This document shows, one piece after another, positions 10,166 through 21,526 of a stretch of DNA of 55,086 nt; position 1 is the first letter of the stretch; every line of letters begins with the position of its first letter. Location: contig JASLKT010000003.1 of assembly GCA_030747395.1 (NCBI GenBank), forward strand, positions 1 to 55,086. Reading direction: 5' to 3'. Both the position numbers and the translations under genes were made by a program. The notes under the pieces were generated by a model, which was not told where the DNA came from, searched no databases, and saw only the letters and a list, made by a program, of their open reading frames with translations. This DNA is from Candidatus Thalassarchaeaceae archaeon (GTDB lineage: Archaea; Thermoplasmatota; Poseidoniia; Poseidoniales; Thalassarchaeaceae).

Positions 10166-11506
10166 TTAAACAGCACCATTTTGCCACCAAGTGAGAAGTT
10201 CTTCTCGGGTGCTTGGCGGAGACACGTCTGCTTTACCCGAGCCCAGAATGGCCAATCGAGAAATGCAGGAATCTACAGCATTTGGGTGTGATTGCAATGT
10301 GGCGCTGAGACCATGTTTCCAAGAAGAGCCAGGATGCGTACGGCGCCATTCCGAAAGGGCTTCTTTCAACGGCCACAGTGCAATTCCGATTCGACCAAAA
10401 GCTTGCCAATCAGATCGCAATTCGGAACGAGAAGCGTCACTGCCAACAAGTGAACGATACACACGAACCCAGCCCGATTGTTCGTGGAAAATTTTCACCA
10501 TCCGTCGCGTATGGCGTTCAGTCACCATTCGAACCGGACCCAGCCATGCTCGTAATTCATGAATCTCGACACTCGGGAGCAGCGAAAGAGTACCGACAAT
10601 AGCCAACACGGGATGGCTCAATGGGTCGCTTGGGGCGTCTAGTCTAGAAGGTGCATCAGAGTCCTGAATCGCATCGATGTACATCTTGGTAGAATCGCGC
10701 ACTATTTCCCACGGCTTGCGAGAATCAAGCCAATCCAAGTTACTCCGAGCAGGGCGAGATTCAACGACATCCAAGGTGGTTTGGCCTCGTTGTGAAACCA
10801 ATGCCTTCCCCAACATGTGCAGTTCCACTTCTTCTGTTGAGACGTTCAGAGGCGTTGGACGCTCATGAAGAAATCGTCTAATTTCAAATTGCAACTTCTT
10901 GCGTAAATCATCTTTCGAGCCATCATTGACAATTGGTCCTACAACGCGCCCCAAATCAAAGGGTGTAGGCATCGGAACAACACCACCCAACAAGTCATGA
11001 TATCCCTGACGGATTTGTTTCTGATATTCATTGGTCTCAAAATATTCGGATTTATCTAAAGTGACTCGTAGTGTATCGTGTTCAATTCGGCGTAACGCAG
11101 CATCCGGATCACAATCCACCCAAATGCAAAGGTCTGGAATCATGGCCGCTGCATTCATTCGTGCAACTTCTTCGATTCCCAGATCGCCAACCACGCCTTG
11201 GTAAACCAAAGACGAGTGGACATTGCGTTCACTGACAATCGCTCGTCCTTGTCCCAATCGTGGACGTATCCAAGTGTGTGAATGATCCATTCGATCCGCT
11301 GCAAAATATACAGCCTCGCGAGTTGGGCCGGCATCCCCAGTACGAACTGCTTCGACCGCCAGCAAGCCGAGTTCGGCATCTCTGCGTGGTTCGGCGGTCA
11401 CATCGACGCCAGAGAAGGTGAATTCTTTTTGCAAAATTTCGGATATCATCTTCGTGGCCAAGCCTTTGCCTGAGCCGTCGCCGCCCTCTACGGTAATCAG
11501 GTACAT
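10166..11506 (-). CDS. tmk: Thymidylate kinase with ~230-aa C-terminal extension
   Basis: 'ITVEGGDGSGK', 'EP', 'YFAADR', 'SERNVHSSLVYQG', 'PDLCIWVD'. Confidence 0.85.
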   Translation of the reverse strand: MYLITVEGGDGSGKGLATKMISEILQKEFTFSGVDVTAEPRRDAELGLLAVEAVRTGDAGPTREAVYFAADRMDHSHTWIRPRLGQGRAIVSERNVHSSLVYQGVVGDLGIEEVARMNAAAMIPDLCIWVDCDPDAALRRIEHDTLRVTLDKSEYFETNEYQKQIRQGYHDLLGGVVPMPTPFDLGRVVGPIVNDGSKDDLRKKLQFEIRRFLHERPTPLNVSTEEVELHMLGKALVSQRGQTTLDVVESRPARSNLDWLDSRKPWEIVRDSTKMYIDAIQDSDAPSRLDAPSDPLSHPVLAIVGTLSLLPSVEIHELRAWLGPVRMVTERHTRRMVKIFHEQSGWVRVYRSLVGSDASRSELRSDWQAFGRIGIALWPLKEALSEWRRTHPGSSWKHGLSATLQSHPNAVDSCISRLAILGSGKADVSPPSTREELLTWWQNGAV

Positions 11507-11515
11507 CTTCGCACC

Positions 11516-12301
11516 TCAATCCTCGTCTTCTTCAAAATCTTCGAACTGGCGCTTGGTTGCAGATAGCATCCCCATACCCACCAATATCAACATGGGTCCG
11601 ATGAAAATCCCACCACGGCTGAACAAGGCAATACCGCAAAGATACTGTGTCCGACGGTAGCGCTTTCCACGTCTGGCTTCCGCCGCACCTGCAAGACCAA
11701 AGAGGGCGGAAATCACGGTCAACGATGCGACAACCGATGCGAGTAATACGGCGCTCTCTAGATGGGAATCACGGCGCAAATCTTCTTCGATGACACCCTC
11801 CCCAGGTGTTAGAGTTAGGGAAAGATCAGCCTGATCACCGGGATTGAATGTAATGCGGAGTGTTTTGTTTCCAGAATGTGCGACCTTGAGCACGTATGAT
11901 TCGTCTTGAGGGACATCCATCATTGAAAATCTCCCGTCTCTATTGGTGTAAGCACTGTAACTGGTAGGCTCGTCATCAATATTCAGCAGTATAACTTGTA
12001 TGCCCTCAATTGGATCCCCGCCAGTGAGGTTTGCCTCATCGACTGCAGACAAAATTTGGCCGTTGACTGTCGCGGTACTTTGATCGATAAACAGTGGGTT
12101 TTCGAGGATGTCTTGGGGGTCGGCTGCAAACAGCAAGGCACCGAACCATAGACCCATGAGTGAACCGGCAATAATCAAACCAACCGCGACATTTCCAGAC
12201 CACTCCATTGCGTCTTCCTGAGAACCGCGTCGGGCCGCAGCTTCAACTTCATCATCCATATTCAATCGGACTACGAGGTCCTCATCATCGCTCAAACTCA
12301 A
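11516..12301 (-). CDS. Membrane protein with carboxypeptidase-regulatory-like (beta-sandwich) domain
   Basis: TM helix, then 'PIEGIQVIL...TNRDGRFSM..VP...YVLKVAHSG', then C-terminal TMs; TTG start overlaps the upstream TGA. Confidence 0.65.
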   Translation of the reverse strand: MSLSDDEDLVVRLNMDDEVEAAARRGSQEDAMEWSGNVAVGLIIAGSLMGLWFGALLFAADPQDILENPLFIDQSTATVNGQILSAVDEANLTGGDPIEGIQVILLNIDDEPTSYSAYTNRDGRFSMMDVPQDESYVLKVAHSGNKTLRITFNPGDQADLSLTLTPGEGVIEEDLRRDSHLESAVLLASVVASLTVISALFGLAGAAEARRGKRYRRTQYLCGIALFSRGGIFIGPMLILVGMGMLSATKRQFEDFEEDED

Positions 12302-13257
12302 GGCCCCCCATTGCGTGGGTTACGCCCGCCGTCCTTCAAGTTCATGGCCATTAGAATCACTACGGTGGCTAGCACGATGGCTAGAATGATTTCCGAATAA
12401 ACGGAATTGACTGCGTTCGCTGAAGATTCGGGGGTTTCAATTTCTGGTTCTGGCTCTGGAAGTGGAGGACTCTCAGGGACTGTGAATGTCACATTGTACA
12501 TTTTTGACCAATACTTCCCCGTAATCCACAGGGATTGTGTTGTAGAATCAAATGCGATTCCGTTCAGAACCTCACCGTTGTCAGGTTTCAAACCACTCGC
12601 ATCAATATGTTCGACTACCACGCCTGAAACCAAATCGATGGTCACAATCTCCTCGGTCTGGTAGATGTTTGCCATCAACAATCCATTCACCATTTCAAGT
12701 TCGTTGATCCGAGTGAGAGATTCATTGTTCAGGGTGACGTTGAGCGTGGATTCCAATTCGAATGTCGACGCGTTTCGGAATTGCAAAACATCCGAACCAT
12801 CTGACATGATGATGTGGGTGCCATCGTATGCCAATCCCCAACCTTCGCCATCATAGGAATAATTCGTGATAATCTCAAACGTATCCATATCGTAGCGATG
12901 GGCGATCCCCTCTCGCCATGTTAGTTGGATGATTTCATCTCCAACAAATGTCATTCCCTCTCCAAATTCCCCCGATGAGATGTTGACAGAACGAATGACT
13001 TCACCTGTCGATAGATTCACTTCTCGAAGTGTCGAATTTCCATATTTCCCCGTCGATTCAAACAAACGTCCTTCGTAAAATTCCAAACCTTGCGTATATG
13101 CGGTCGAATCATGCGAAACATTGTCATGTTCAACCACCACATAAGATTCCGCACGAACATACGCTGATTCGTCATCCTGAGCCCCAATAATTGGGATGGA
13201 AGAGAGTAAAAATAGGGTGCTAAACAAGACCGCTAGTGCACCCCGCGCCCCGAGCAT
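12298..13257 (-). CDS. Glutaminyl-peptide cyclotransferase (plant/bacterial beta-propeller type), secreted with C-terminal membrane anchor
   Basis: 'YTQGLEF', 'ESTGKYG', 'FGEG', 'QLTWRE', 'EGWGL', 'SDGS', 'NELE', 'VLNGIA', 'TGKYW'. Alternative start GTG 13275. Confidence 0.92.
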   Translation of the reverse strand: MLGARGALAVLFSTLFLLSSIPIIGAQDDESAYVRAESYVVVEHDNVSHDSTAYTQGLEFYEGRLFESTGKYGNSTLREVNLSTGEVIRSVNISSGEFGEGMTFVGDEIIQLTWREGIAHRYDMDTFEIITNYSYDGEGWGLAYDGTHIIMSDGSDVLQFRNASTFELESTLNVTLNNESLTRINELEMVNGLLMANIYQTEEIVTIDLVSGVVVEHIDASGLKPDNGEVLNGIAFDSTTQSLWITGKYWSKMYNVTFTVPESPPLPEPEPEIETPESSANAVNSVYSEIILAIVLATVVILMAMNLKDGGRNPRNGGP

Positions 13258-13342
13258 GTATGAACAATGCTCCACCTTGTGTTAAATACCTGCTCGGGTC
13301 AAAGTCAACGCGGAACACGTAGTGTTCCCGTGAGGTGACTTC

Positions 13343-16300
13343 ATGTCCGCTGGCAACCGCTCCCAAAGTCTATTCTTGGTTTCACTGATGATTCTGGCCT
13401 CTTGGGTCCCCTTTGCTGCTGCAACAGATGGTGATTCCGACCAAAGTTCGACCTTTGAGGGGGGGCTATTCTACGATCTTGACGATTTTGATCCAATGGT
13501 CAATGGGAAGCCTTACCTTTTCGCAGGCGGAGAGGATGAACTCATCTTCAGTGCTACTCGACACCTCAAGCAGCAATGGGCAGATGATGGATATCCTGGA
13601 CTGGTAATGCCTTTTGAGGAAACCAGCACGAGTGCAAGAACATCTGGGCGTGCTTGCGAGAATGCATGGACCGCTGGACAAACTGGAACGGTGCAAACAA
13701 CTGGAGGGCAAATTCAGATTTCGGCAATGCATGTGACTGCAAATTCGGCCATCCTCATCGAAAATGGGCAATCGGTCTCATCGACGACATTGAACAACAT
13801 TGGTTCAACTTGGGAAACCACCATTTATCCAACCAATACGAATTATTTCGGCAATGCGCCAGATGTGGACAACAATTGCCAGATTGAGATTGTCATTTAT
13901 GCGATTGACGGAGGAGCAAATATTGGTGGTTACTTCATGCCAAGTATGTCCGCAACACGTGAAATCATCTATGTTGACATCGATGATTTGTCTTGGCGAA
14001 ATACGATTTTGGCTCACGAATTTGAGCACCTACTCCACAATGCTCGAGATCCGTTCGAATACATCTGGGTTGACGAAGGAAATGCAGACATGGCTGCTTT
14101 CCTCTGCTTTGGTGCATCCAATACAATCATCGGACACGCCAATCAATGGACTCAGAATGCGAGCGCTTCTGTTCGCTGGTGGAATCAGCGTCTTGCCGAT
14201 TACGGGGCAGGTTTCATGTTCATGCTCTTCCTAGCTGACAACCTCGGTGGTGGCTCAGCCATTCGGCAATTGGTCACAGATACGTTGACCGGTGGACAAG
14301 GTATTGTTGATTTGGCCCAAACATTAGGGCCAGGGGCGACTCCGATTGGCACTACGATGTCTGATATTTTTGCGAACTTTACCGCATCAGTTACCCTCGA
14401 CCATGGCACGCAAGCCGAATTTGGACTCGACAATATCGACATGTACGAAACCTGCGGCAGCAACCAATTCTGTAGACTCCAACTTTCAGGTTCAAATCTA
14501 AACTGGGGTTCAATGTGGCAAAGTGGTCCACATGACCTCGAAGGTTGGGGCGTTCATGCGTTCAGATTCTTGGATGGAACAGGTTCGCCATTGAACCTCA
14601 TGATTCAGCCCAGTGAACTGGGCTTTGCAGGAACCATATTGACACATGATGCTGCAGCTGGAACTTGGTCGATGGAGCGATTGCGCTTTGACCCATTAAC
14701 AGGAATTGGAACGGCATTGGTCCCTAGTTTTGGTAACATCACAGATGATGTTTACCTCATCGTTTGGTACGAAAGTGGAGTCGATGATTGTGATTACACC
14801 AGTCCAAATTGTGCCTTCCCTGGAGGCACTGAATATCCAATCGCTTCTTTCGATGTGATGGCCGGACTCATCACTCAGCCAGCTGAAATAACAGTCTCAC
14901 AAGAATTCACGACCGATCGTGACGAGGATGGGGATGTCGACACCGTCGAAGCCACCATTGATGTGACTTCATCTGCATTCTACGAAGTTCTTGATATCGA
15001 AGTCAAGGCTTACGACAACAACACCCTGCATGATACAATGGAATTCTCTCTTGAGGCGGGCAATAGTATCCCTGTCAATCAGACGATTTGGTATACACCC
15101 CCTTGGGATGGTGATTGGACGCTGCATTTCACAATGAAAAACCAAATCGGGGAAATTGTTGATGAAGCCCTGACTCTACCTCTCACATTGGCAAACATGG
15201 CACCGGTTGCCGTAGGAAGTGCTGCTGCGAATGCAACCCAAACTTGGTTGCCATTGCAATTCTTCGGCGCGGGCTACGACCTTTGGGGCTTGGGAATGGA
15301 CAATGAGTCATTTTCTCACAACGAAACTCCTGTGGGCTACAATTGGAATTTCGGCGATGGACTATCGGGCTCTGGCCTCAAGGACCCCACTCGTTCTTGG
15401 CAGAATCCGGGTATGTACAATGTGACGCTCACTGTCGTCGATCAAGGAGGCGGTGTTAGTGATATCCAAACTTGGGAAATCAGTGTCAATGACACAGAAC
15501 CACCCACCCCTCGAATCGATGTGGGTTCGCCACCTGTTGCGATATCCGACCCGTATACACTCCTCACATCACAGCGAGTGCAATTCTCAGCCGCTAGAAG
15601 TGAGGACAATGTCCCACTCAACCAACTGACATTTACATGGGACTTTGGTGATGGAACCATCCTGAGTGGCCAAGGCCTCTACGATGTATCCCATGAATGG
15701 GCTACTGGTTCTGCAAATGGGACAGCATACAACCTCACGTTGTCTATCGATGATGGCACACATACGGCGAATATGTCGGTGACCATTTTGATTATGAATC
15801 GTGTACCTCGTCAGGTTTGGTTTGACGATTTGCAAACGTCAACACTAACTCCATTAAATCTGCCAACCATGTTTACCGATGATGATGGTACAATCGTAGC
15901 CACCGAATGGTGGTTTGATGAGAATGTCAATTTCGACGGGGGCATTGTGACAATGTCTTCGCCCTTTTTGAATAACCATTCAACGGATGCAAACCCGTTA
16001 CCTGCTTGGAAAACGCCAGGTTGGAAGAACATCCAAATCTACGCAACAGATGATGCGGGCAACGTCAGTTGGGCTGTGCTGCAAGTTGAAGTTCTCAACC
16101 AACGACCTGTTGCAATTTTCCCACGACCCGATGATGGCTCAACCGATTCGATGTACACGTTCCTATCCTCCTCATTTGATCCCGATGGCAATTCAGGAAA
16201 CATGAGTCACAATTGGACCATTACAGGAATAGAAGAACACATCACAAACAATCAGGTCAATCACATGTTCACTGAACCCGGTGTCTACACGGTTACCTTG

Positions 16301-17491
16301 GTGGTAACCGATGAAAGAGGAATGGATTCACTCCCTAAGAGTTACACAATCCACATCGCCAATCCACTCCCAATGCCCGTTCTATCCGCACATGAAGCGT
16401 GGTTGAATGGGACTGTTGTAACGGTACCTGGGTCTGATTTATCAGTCTACAATTGGCGACGGACATTTACCGATTCAGGTGATATTTTCGTTGCACCGGG
16501 GACTGTTTTGAGATTCTCTTCTGATGGCTCACGCGACATGGATTCAGCCTTTGAAGGGATGTTTAATCCAGATCAAGGAGCGACTGATTGGAATGGAATT
16601 GTCGACACCACATGGGATTGGGGAGATGCATCTCCACCATCGCACGAAAACGATGCATGGCATATTTTTGAGCAACCTGGATATTACACTGTGACTCTGA
16701 CCGTCAGAGATGGTTATGGTACAGGTGATAGCAATTCAACAAGTATTGGCATTTGGGTTTCAAGTGCACCATTCATCTATTCAGACCACGTTATTGGAGA
16801 TGGTACGGCTTTCAGTGGATATTTGAACATCATTGAGGCCTATGCAACCGATGTCGACATGGAAGCTGGAATGGTGGCTTGGCGTGACGATGATGCCACG
16901 ACTGATAGTGACAATGATGGCACGCCTGACAATGATCAAGACACACCACTCAACACACTACTCACCTACTGGTGGGATTTAGATGACAGTGTGGATGAAG
17001 ATGGAAATGGCAATTTCAATGATGATTGGTCGACCAATCCAAATGTTCGGGAAGGACGAGGAAATGATGCGCAGTGGAATGAATCTGGCGAATATGTCAT
17101 TCGATTGAAGGTCTGTGACGATACTGGAGTTTGCACAATTGAAACCTATGAGGTGATTGTTCGAGATCCCGATGCATCTTCTGATGCACTAGGTGATTTG
17201 TCGTGGAAGGATTTACTCCCTTCAACCGATTCTGGAAGTTTGTATATCATCATCCTCATCGCACTTGTTCTAACTCTAGGATGGTTGGTCATGCGAGAGC
17301 CAGAAGAAATCGAAGTCGAGGCCGAGCACGCTGCCAGCACTTACGATGTTACAGAAGTCCATACAGAAGGTGGAATCTTGGGCATGGACCAGCACGCCCC
17401 ACCTCCCAAACCAACTCATTTGACCAAGGAAGACCGGCGCAGCAAGGATTCAGGTTATGTGCGGCCTGTGACCAGCAGACGTCGGCGGTGA
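13343..17491 (+). CDS. Secreted zinc metalloprotease with multiple PKD domains and C-terminal TM anchor
   Basis: Signal peptide; 'LAHEFEHLLH...WVDEG'; PKD motifs 'WNFGDG', 'WDFGDG', 'WDWGD', 'PGVYTVTLVVTD'; DxDxDG motifs; TM plus basic tail. Confidence 0.88.
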   Translation: MSAGNRSQSLFLVSLMILASWVPFAAATDGDSDQSSTFEGGLFYDLDDFDPMVNGKPYLFAGGEDELIFSATRHLKQQWADDGYPGLVMPFEETSTSARTSGRACENAWTAGQTGTVQTTGGQIQISAMHVTANSAILIENGQSVSSTTLNNIGSTWETTIYPTNTNYFGNAPDVDNNCQIEIVIYAIDGGANIGGYFMPSMSATREIIYVDIDDLSWRNTILAHEFEHLLHNARDPFEYIWVDEGNADMAAFLCFGASNTIIGHANQWTQNASASVRWWNQRLADYGAGFMFMLFLADNLGGGSAIRQLVTDTLTGGQGIVDLAQTLGPGATPIGTTMSDIFANFTASVTLDHGTQAEFGLDNIDMYETCGSNQFCRLQLSGSNLNWGSMWQSGPHDLEGWGVHAFRFLDGTGSPLNLMIQPSELGFAGTILTHDAAAGTWSMERLRFDPLTGIGTALVPSFGNITDDVYLIVWYESGVDDCDYTSPNCAFPGGTEYPIASFDVMAGLITQPAEITVSQEFTTDRDEDGDVDTVEATIDVTSSAFYEVLDIEVKAYDNNTLHDTMEFSLEAGNSIPVNQTIWYTPPWDGDWTLHFTMKNQIGEIVDEALTLPLTLANMAPVAVGSAAANATQTWLPLQFFGAGYDLWGLGMDNESFSHNETPVGYNWNFGDGLSGSGLKDPTRSWQNPGMYNVTLTVVDQGGGVSDIQTWEISVNDTEPPTPRIDVGSPPVAISDPYTLLTSQRVQFSAARSEDNVPLNQLTFTWDFGDGTILSGQGLYDVSHEWATGSANGTAYNLTLSIDDGTHTANMSVTILIMNRVPRQVWFDDLQTSTLTPLNLPTMFTDDDGTIVATEWWFDENVNFDGGIVTMSSPFLNNHSTDANPLPAWKTPGWKNIQIYATDDAGNVSWAVLQVEVLNQRPVAIFPRPDDGSTDSMYTFLSSSFDPDGNSGNMSHNWTITGIEEHITNNQVNHMFTEPGVYTVTLVVTDERGMDSLPKSYTIHIANPLPMPVLSAHEAWLNGTVVTVPGSDLSVYNWRRTFTDSGDIFVAPGTVLRFSSDGSRDMDSAFEGMFNPDQGATDWNGIVDTTWDWGDASPPSHENDAWHIFEQPGYYTVTLTVRDGYGTGDSNSTSIGIWVSSAPFIYSDHVIGDGTAFSGYLNIIEAYATDVDMEAGMVAWRDDDATTDSDNDGTPDNDQDTPLNTLLTYWWDLDDSVDEDGNGNFNDDWSTNPNVREGRGNDAQWNESGEYVIRLKVCDDTGVCTIETYEVIVRDPDASSDALGDLSWKDLLPSTDSGSLYIIILIALVLTLGWLVMREPEEIEVEAEHAASTYDVTEVHTEGGILGMDQHAPPPKPTHLTKEDRRSKDSGYVRPVTSRRRR

Positions 17492-17495
17492 GTGC

Positions 17496-18464
17496 ATGAC
17501 TGGTAAGAGGCGACTCAGTACATCTGTTACTGTTGCAATGCTCCTCTTGCCTCTACTCACCTTGATTTCATACGAAACTGGAATCGAAATGGCACCCATT
17601 GCTTCTGCTCAAGACCCCCCTACCTGCAAAGCTGGAATGTCAATTGACGAATGGTCTGTTGAACAATTCAATATGAACGGTAGTGGATACTATGGTGAAG
17701 AGGAGCGGTGGTATGGGGATGTGTCCTCTGGCCCGACATACCACATATCAGAATTGTGCCCCCTCCGAACGACGTTTAGCACCTCATTTGTACTCAACAA
17801 TGACTCTGCTGTTGGTCTTCGGCTACACCTCACAACAGGTTGGAAATATACCGTTTCAGTCAACCTACAGCCGCTAACCGAATCAGATCAAAATCCGCCG
17901 CTCGCAGATGTCTATTTACTCCAAGAGGATGACTTTTCACAGTACCAATTTGATTTTGATTCACGTCACAACGAGTGGGATGGGATGCGTGATGAGATTG
18001 CTCATTCTGCACCTTGGTTGCAGAACTTGATCATTTGGAAACCATTCAGAGATGTCCATTCATACGAAAAATTGGATGAGGTTGATTTTGCTGTAGCACT
18101 CGATCACGAGGAGAGAAGTTATTCGATTTGGGATGATGTCTCTGAAGTCAAAGAAATGTTTCTTCTTGTCGAATCATGGGACAACATTCGTGATTATGAT
18201 GCCAAATTACAGAACTCAAACTTCAGTGTCGATGTGACAATTCTGGTTGAGGAACGATTTTCTCTTCCAAATTGGACTGTTTCCATGGTCTGTTGTGGAG
18301 GGTTACTGGGAATTCTCGCAGCACCTTTCCTCGTACATCATCGATACATGAAGGCGGGATTAGAGGCTGTTGAATCCGGTGGAGGGGATATGATGCCACA
18401 CCTCGATACGGCCCCAGAGAGAGCACCGGCGGCACCGAGTTTGCCTTCGCCGCCCGAAGGGTGA
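17496..18464 (+). CDS. Secreted, C-terminally anchored hypothetical protein
   Basis: N-terminal hydrophobic signal, acidic body, C-terminal TM; 4 nt after the protease gene, so likely co-transcribed. Confidence 0.75.
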   Translation: MTGKRRLSTSVTVAMLLLPLLTLISYETGIEMAPIASAQDPPTCKAGMSIDEWSVEQFNMNGSGYYGEEERWYGDVSSGPTYHISELCPLRTTFSTSFVLNNDSAVGLRLHLTTGWKYTVSVNLQPLTESDQNPPLADVYLLQEDDFSQYQFDFDSRHNEWDGMRDEIAHSAPWLQNLIIWKPFRDVHSYEKLDEVDFAVALDHEERSYSIWDDVSEVKEMFLLVESWDNIRDYDAKLQNSNFSVDVTILVEERFSLPNWTVSMVCCGGLLGILAAPFLVHHRYMKAGLEAVESGGGDMMPHLDTAPERAPAAPSLPSPPEG

Positions 18465-19262
18465 TTACTCGTATTCTAGAACGCCCCAAGCAGTTCGCAA
18501 GTCAGTGATGTTAACCAGTCCTTGTTTGACCAATGAGTAATCCCTGTCAAGGGTCGTGTAAACCAACGCTTGTTCCAGAAGGGGAGCGTGGATTCTTGTC
18601 CAATCCCCACCTGGCCCATTACCCATGAGGGCAACCTTGGCGTCCCCTTCTTTGAGGGTGTGTGCGGCTTCAAAAATATGCAAACTCCTAGCGTGATCAA
18701 CATTCAGATAACAACATTTTATGATTGAGCCGGCATCAGAATTGGCATTGACGAATTCAACGATTTCATCAGAGGATGATGCCGCTGGAAGATGACTTGA
18801 AGCAATGATTGAAGTTTCTTCACCACAGGCCTTAACCAGGGCCTTGCGGGCCTTTGAAGCAATGGATATCTCGAGGTCAACCCAAGTCACCCCACTAGCA
18901 ATGGCTGCATTCAGAATTGACATTCTGGCATCCTCATCACCGTGGAAGTGTCCGCCTTCTGAGGTCGATCGGCAAGCGAAAATTACAGGGATTTGGATTC
19001 CATCTTTAAGTCTCTGAATCGAGGGTTCTACTTCGATATCTTCGATGGGACGTTTCTCCATGATTGGAGGTTGCTTTTCAACGGTCTCTTCGCCCTTTGC
19101 ATTCTTGGTGACAATGGGGTCAATTTCGATTCGGTTGACATAGAGATTATCGAATCGAACTTCGACGAGATCGGCACCCGCTGCTGTCGCTCTGCTAGCA
19201 TCACGAATCATGTCCCCTACGCTGTGACCACGCAAGGATACGCAGATTTCGGTATCGGTCAT
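18465..19262 (-). CDS. aroD: Type I 3-dehydroquinate dehydratase
   Basis: 'ADLVEVRFD', 'IFACRSTSEGG', 'WVDLE', 'IIASSH', 'IIK', 'LMG..G..TRI'. Confidence 0.85.
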   Translation of the reverse strand: MTDTEICVSLRGHSVGDMIRDASRATAAGADLVEVRFDNLYVNRIEIDPIVTKNAKGEETVEKQPPIMEKRPIEDIEVEPSIQRLKDGIQIPVIFACRSTSEGGHFHGDEDARMSILNAAIASGVTWVDLEISIASKARKALVKACGEETSIIASSHLPAASSSDEIVEFVNANSDAGSIIKCCYLNVDHARSLHIFEAAHTLKEGDAKVALMGNGPGGDWTRIHAPLLEQALVYTTLDRDYSLVKQGLVNITDLRTAWGVLEYE

Positions 19263-19429
19263 CGACGCGGGGACTCACACCCCCTGTTTAATCATATTGC
19301 GACCACATTCGCACATGGACTTGTCAAAATTTTCCATCTCGAGATATTTCCAGTTTGTAGACATGTGTTTACAGCCCTGCTTTGGGATGAAAAAATAGAG
19401 TCGGAAAGGGTGTTTTCCAGATAGAATAA

Positions 19430-21517
<2,088 letters not shown>

Positions 21518-21526
21518 GGTGATTGA

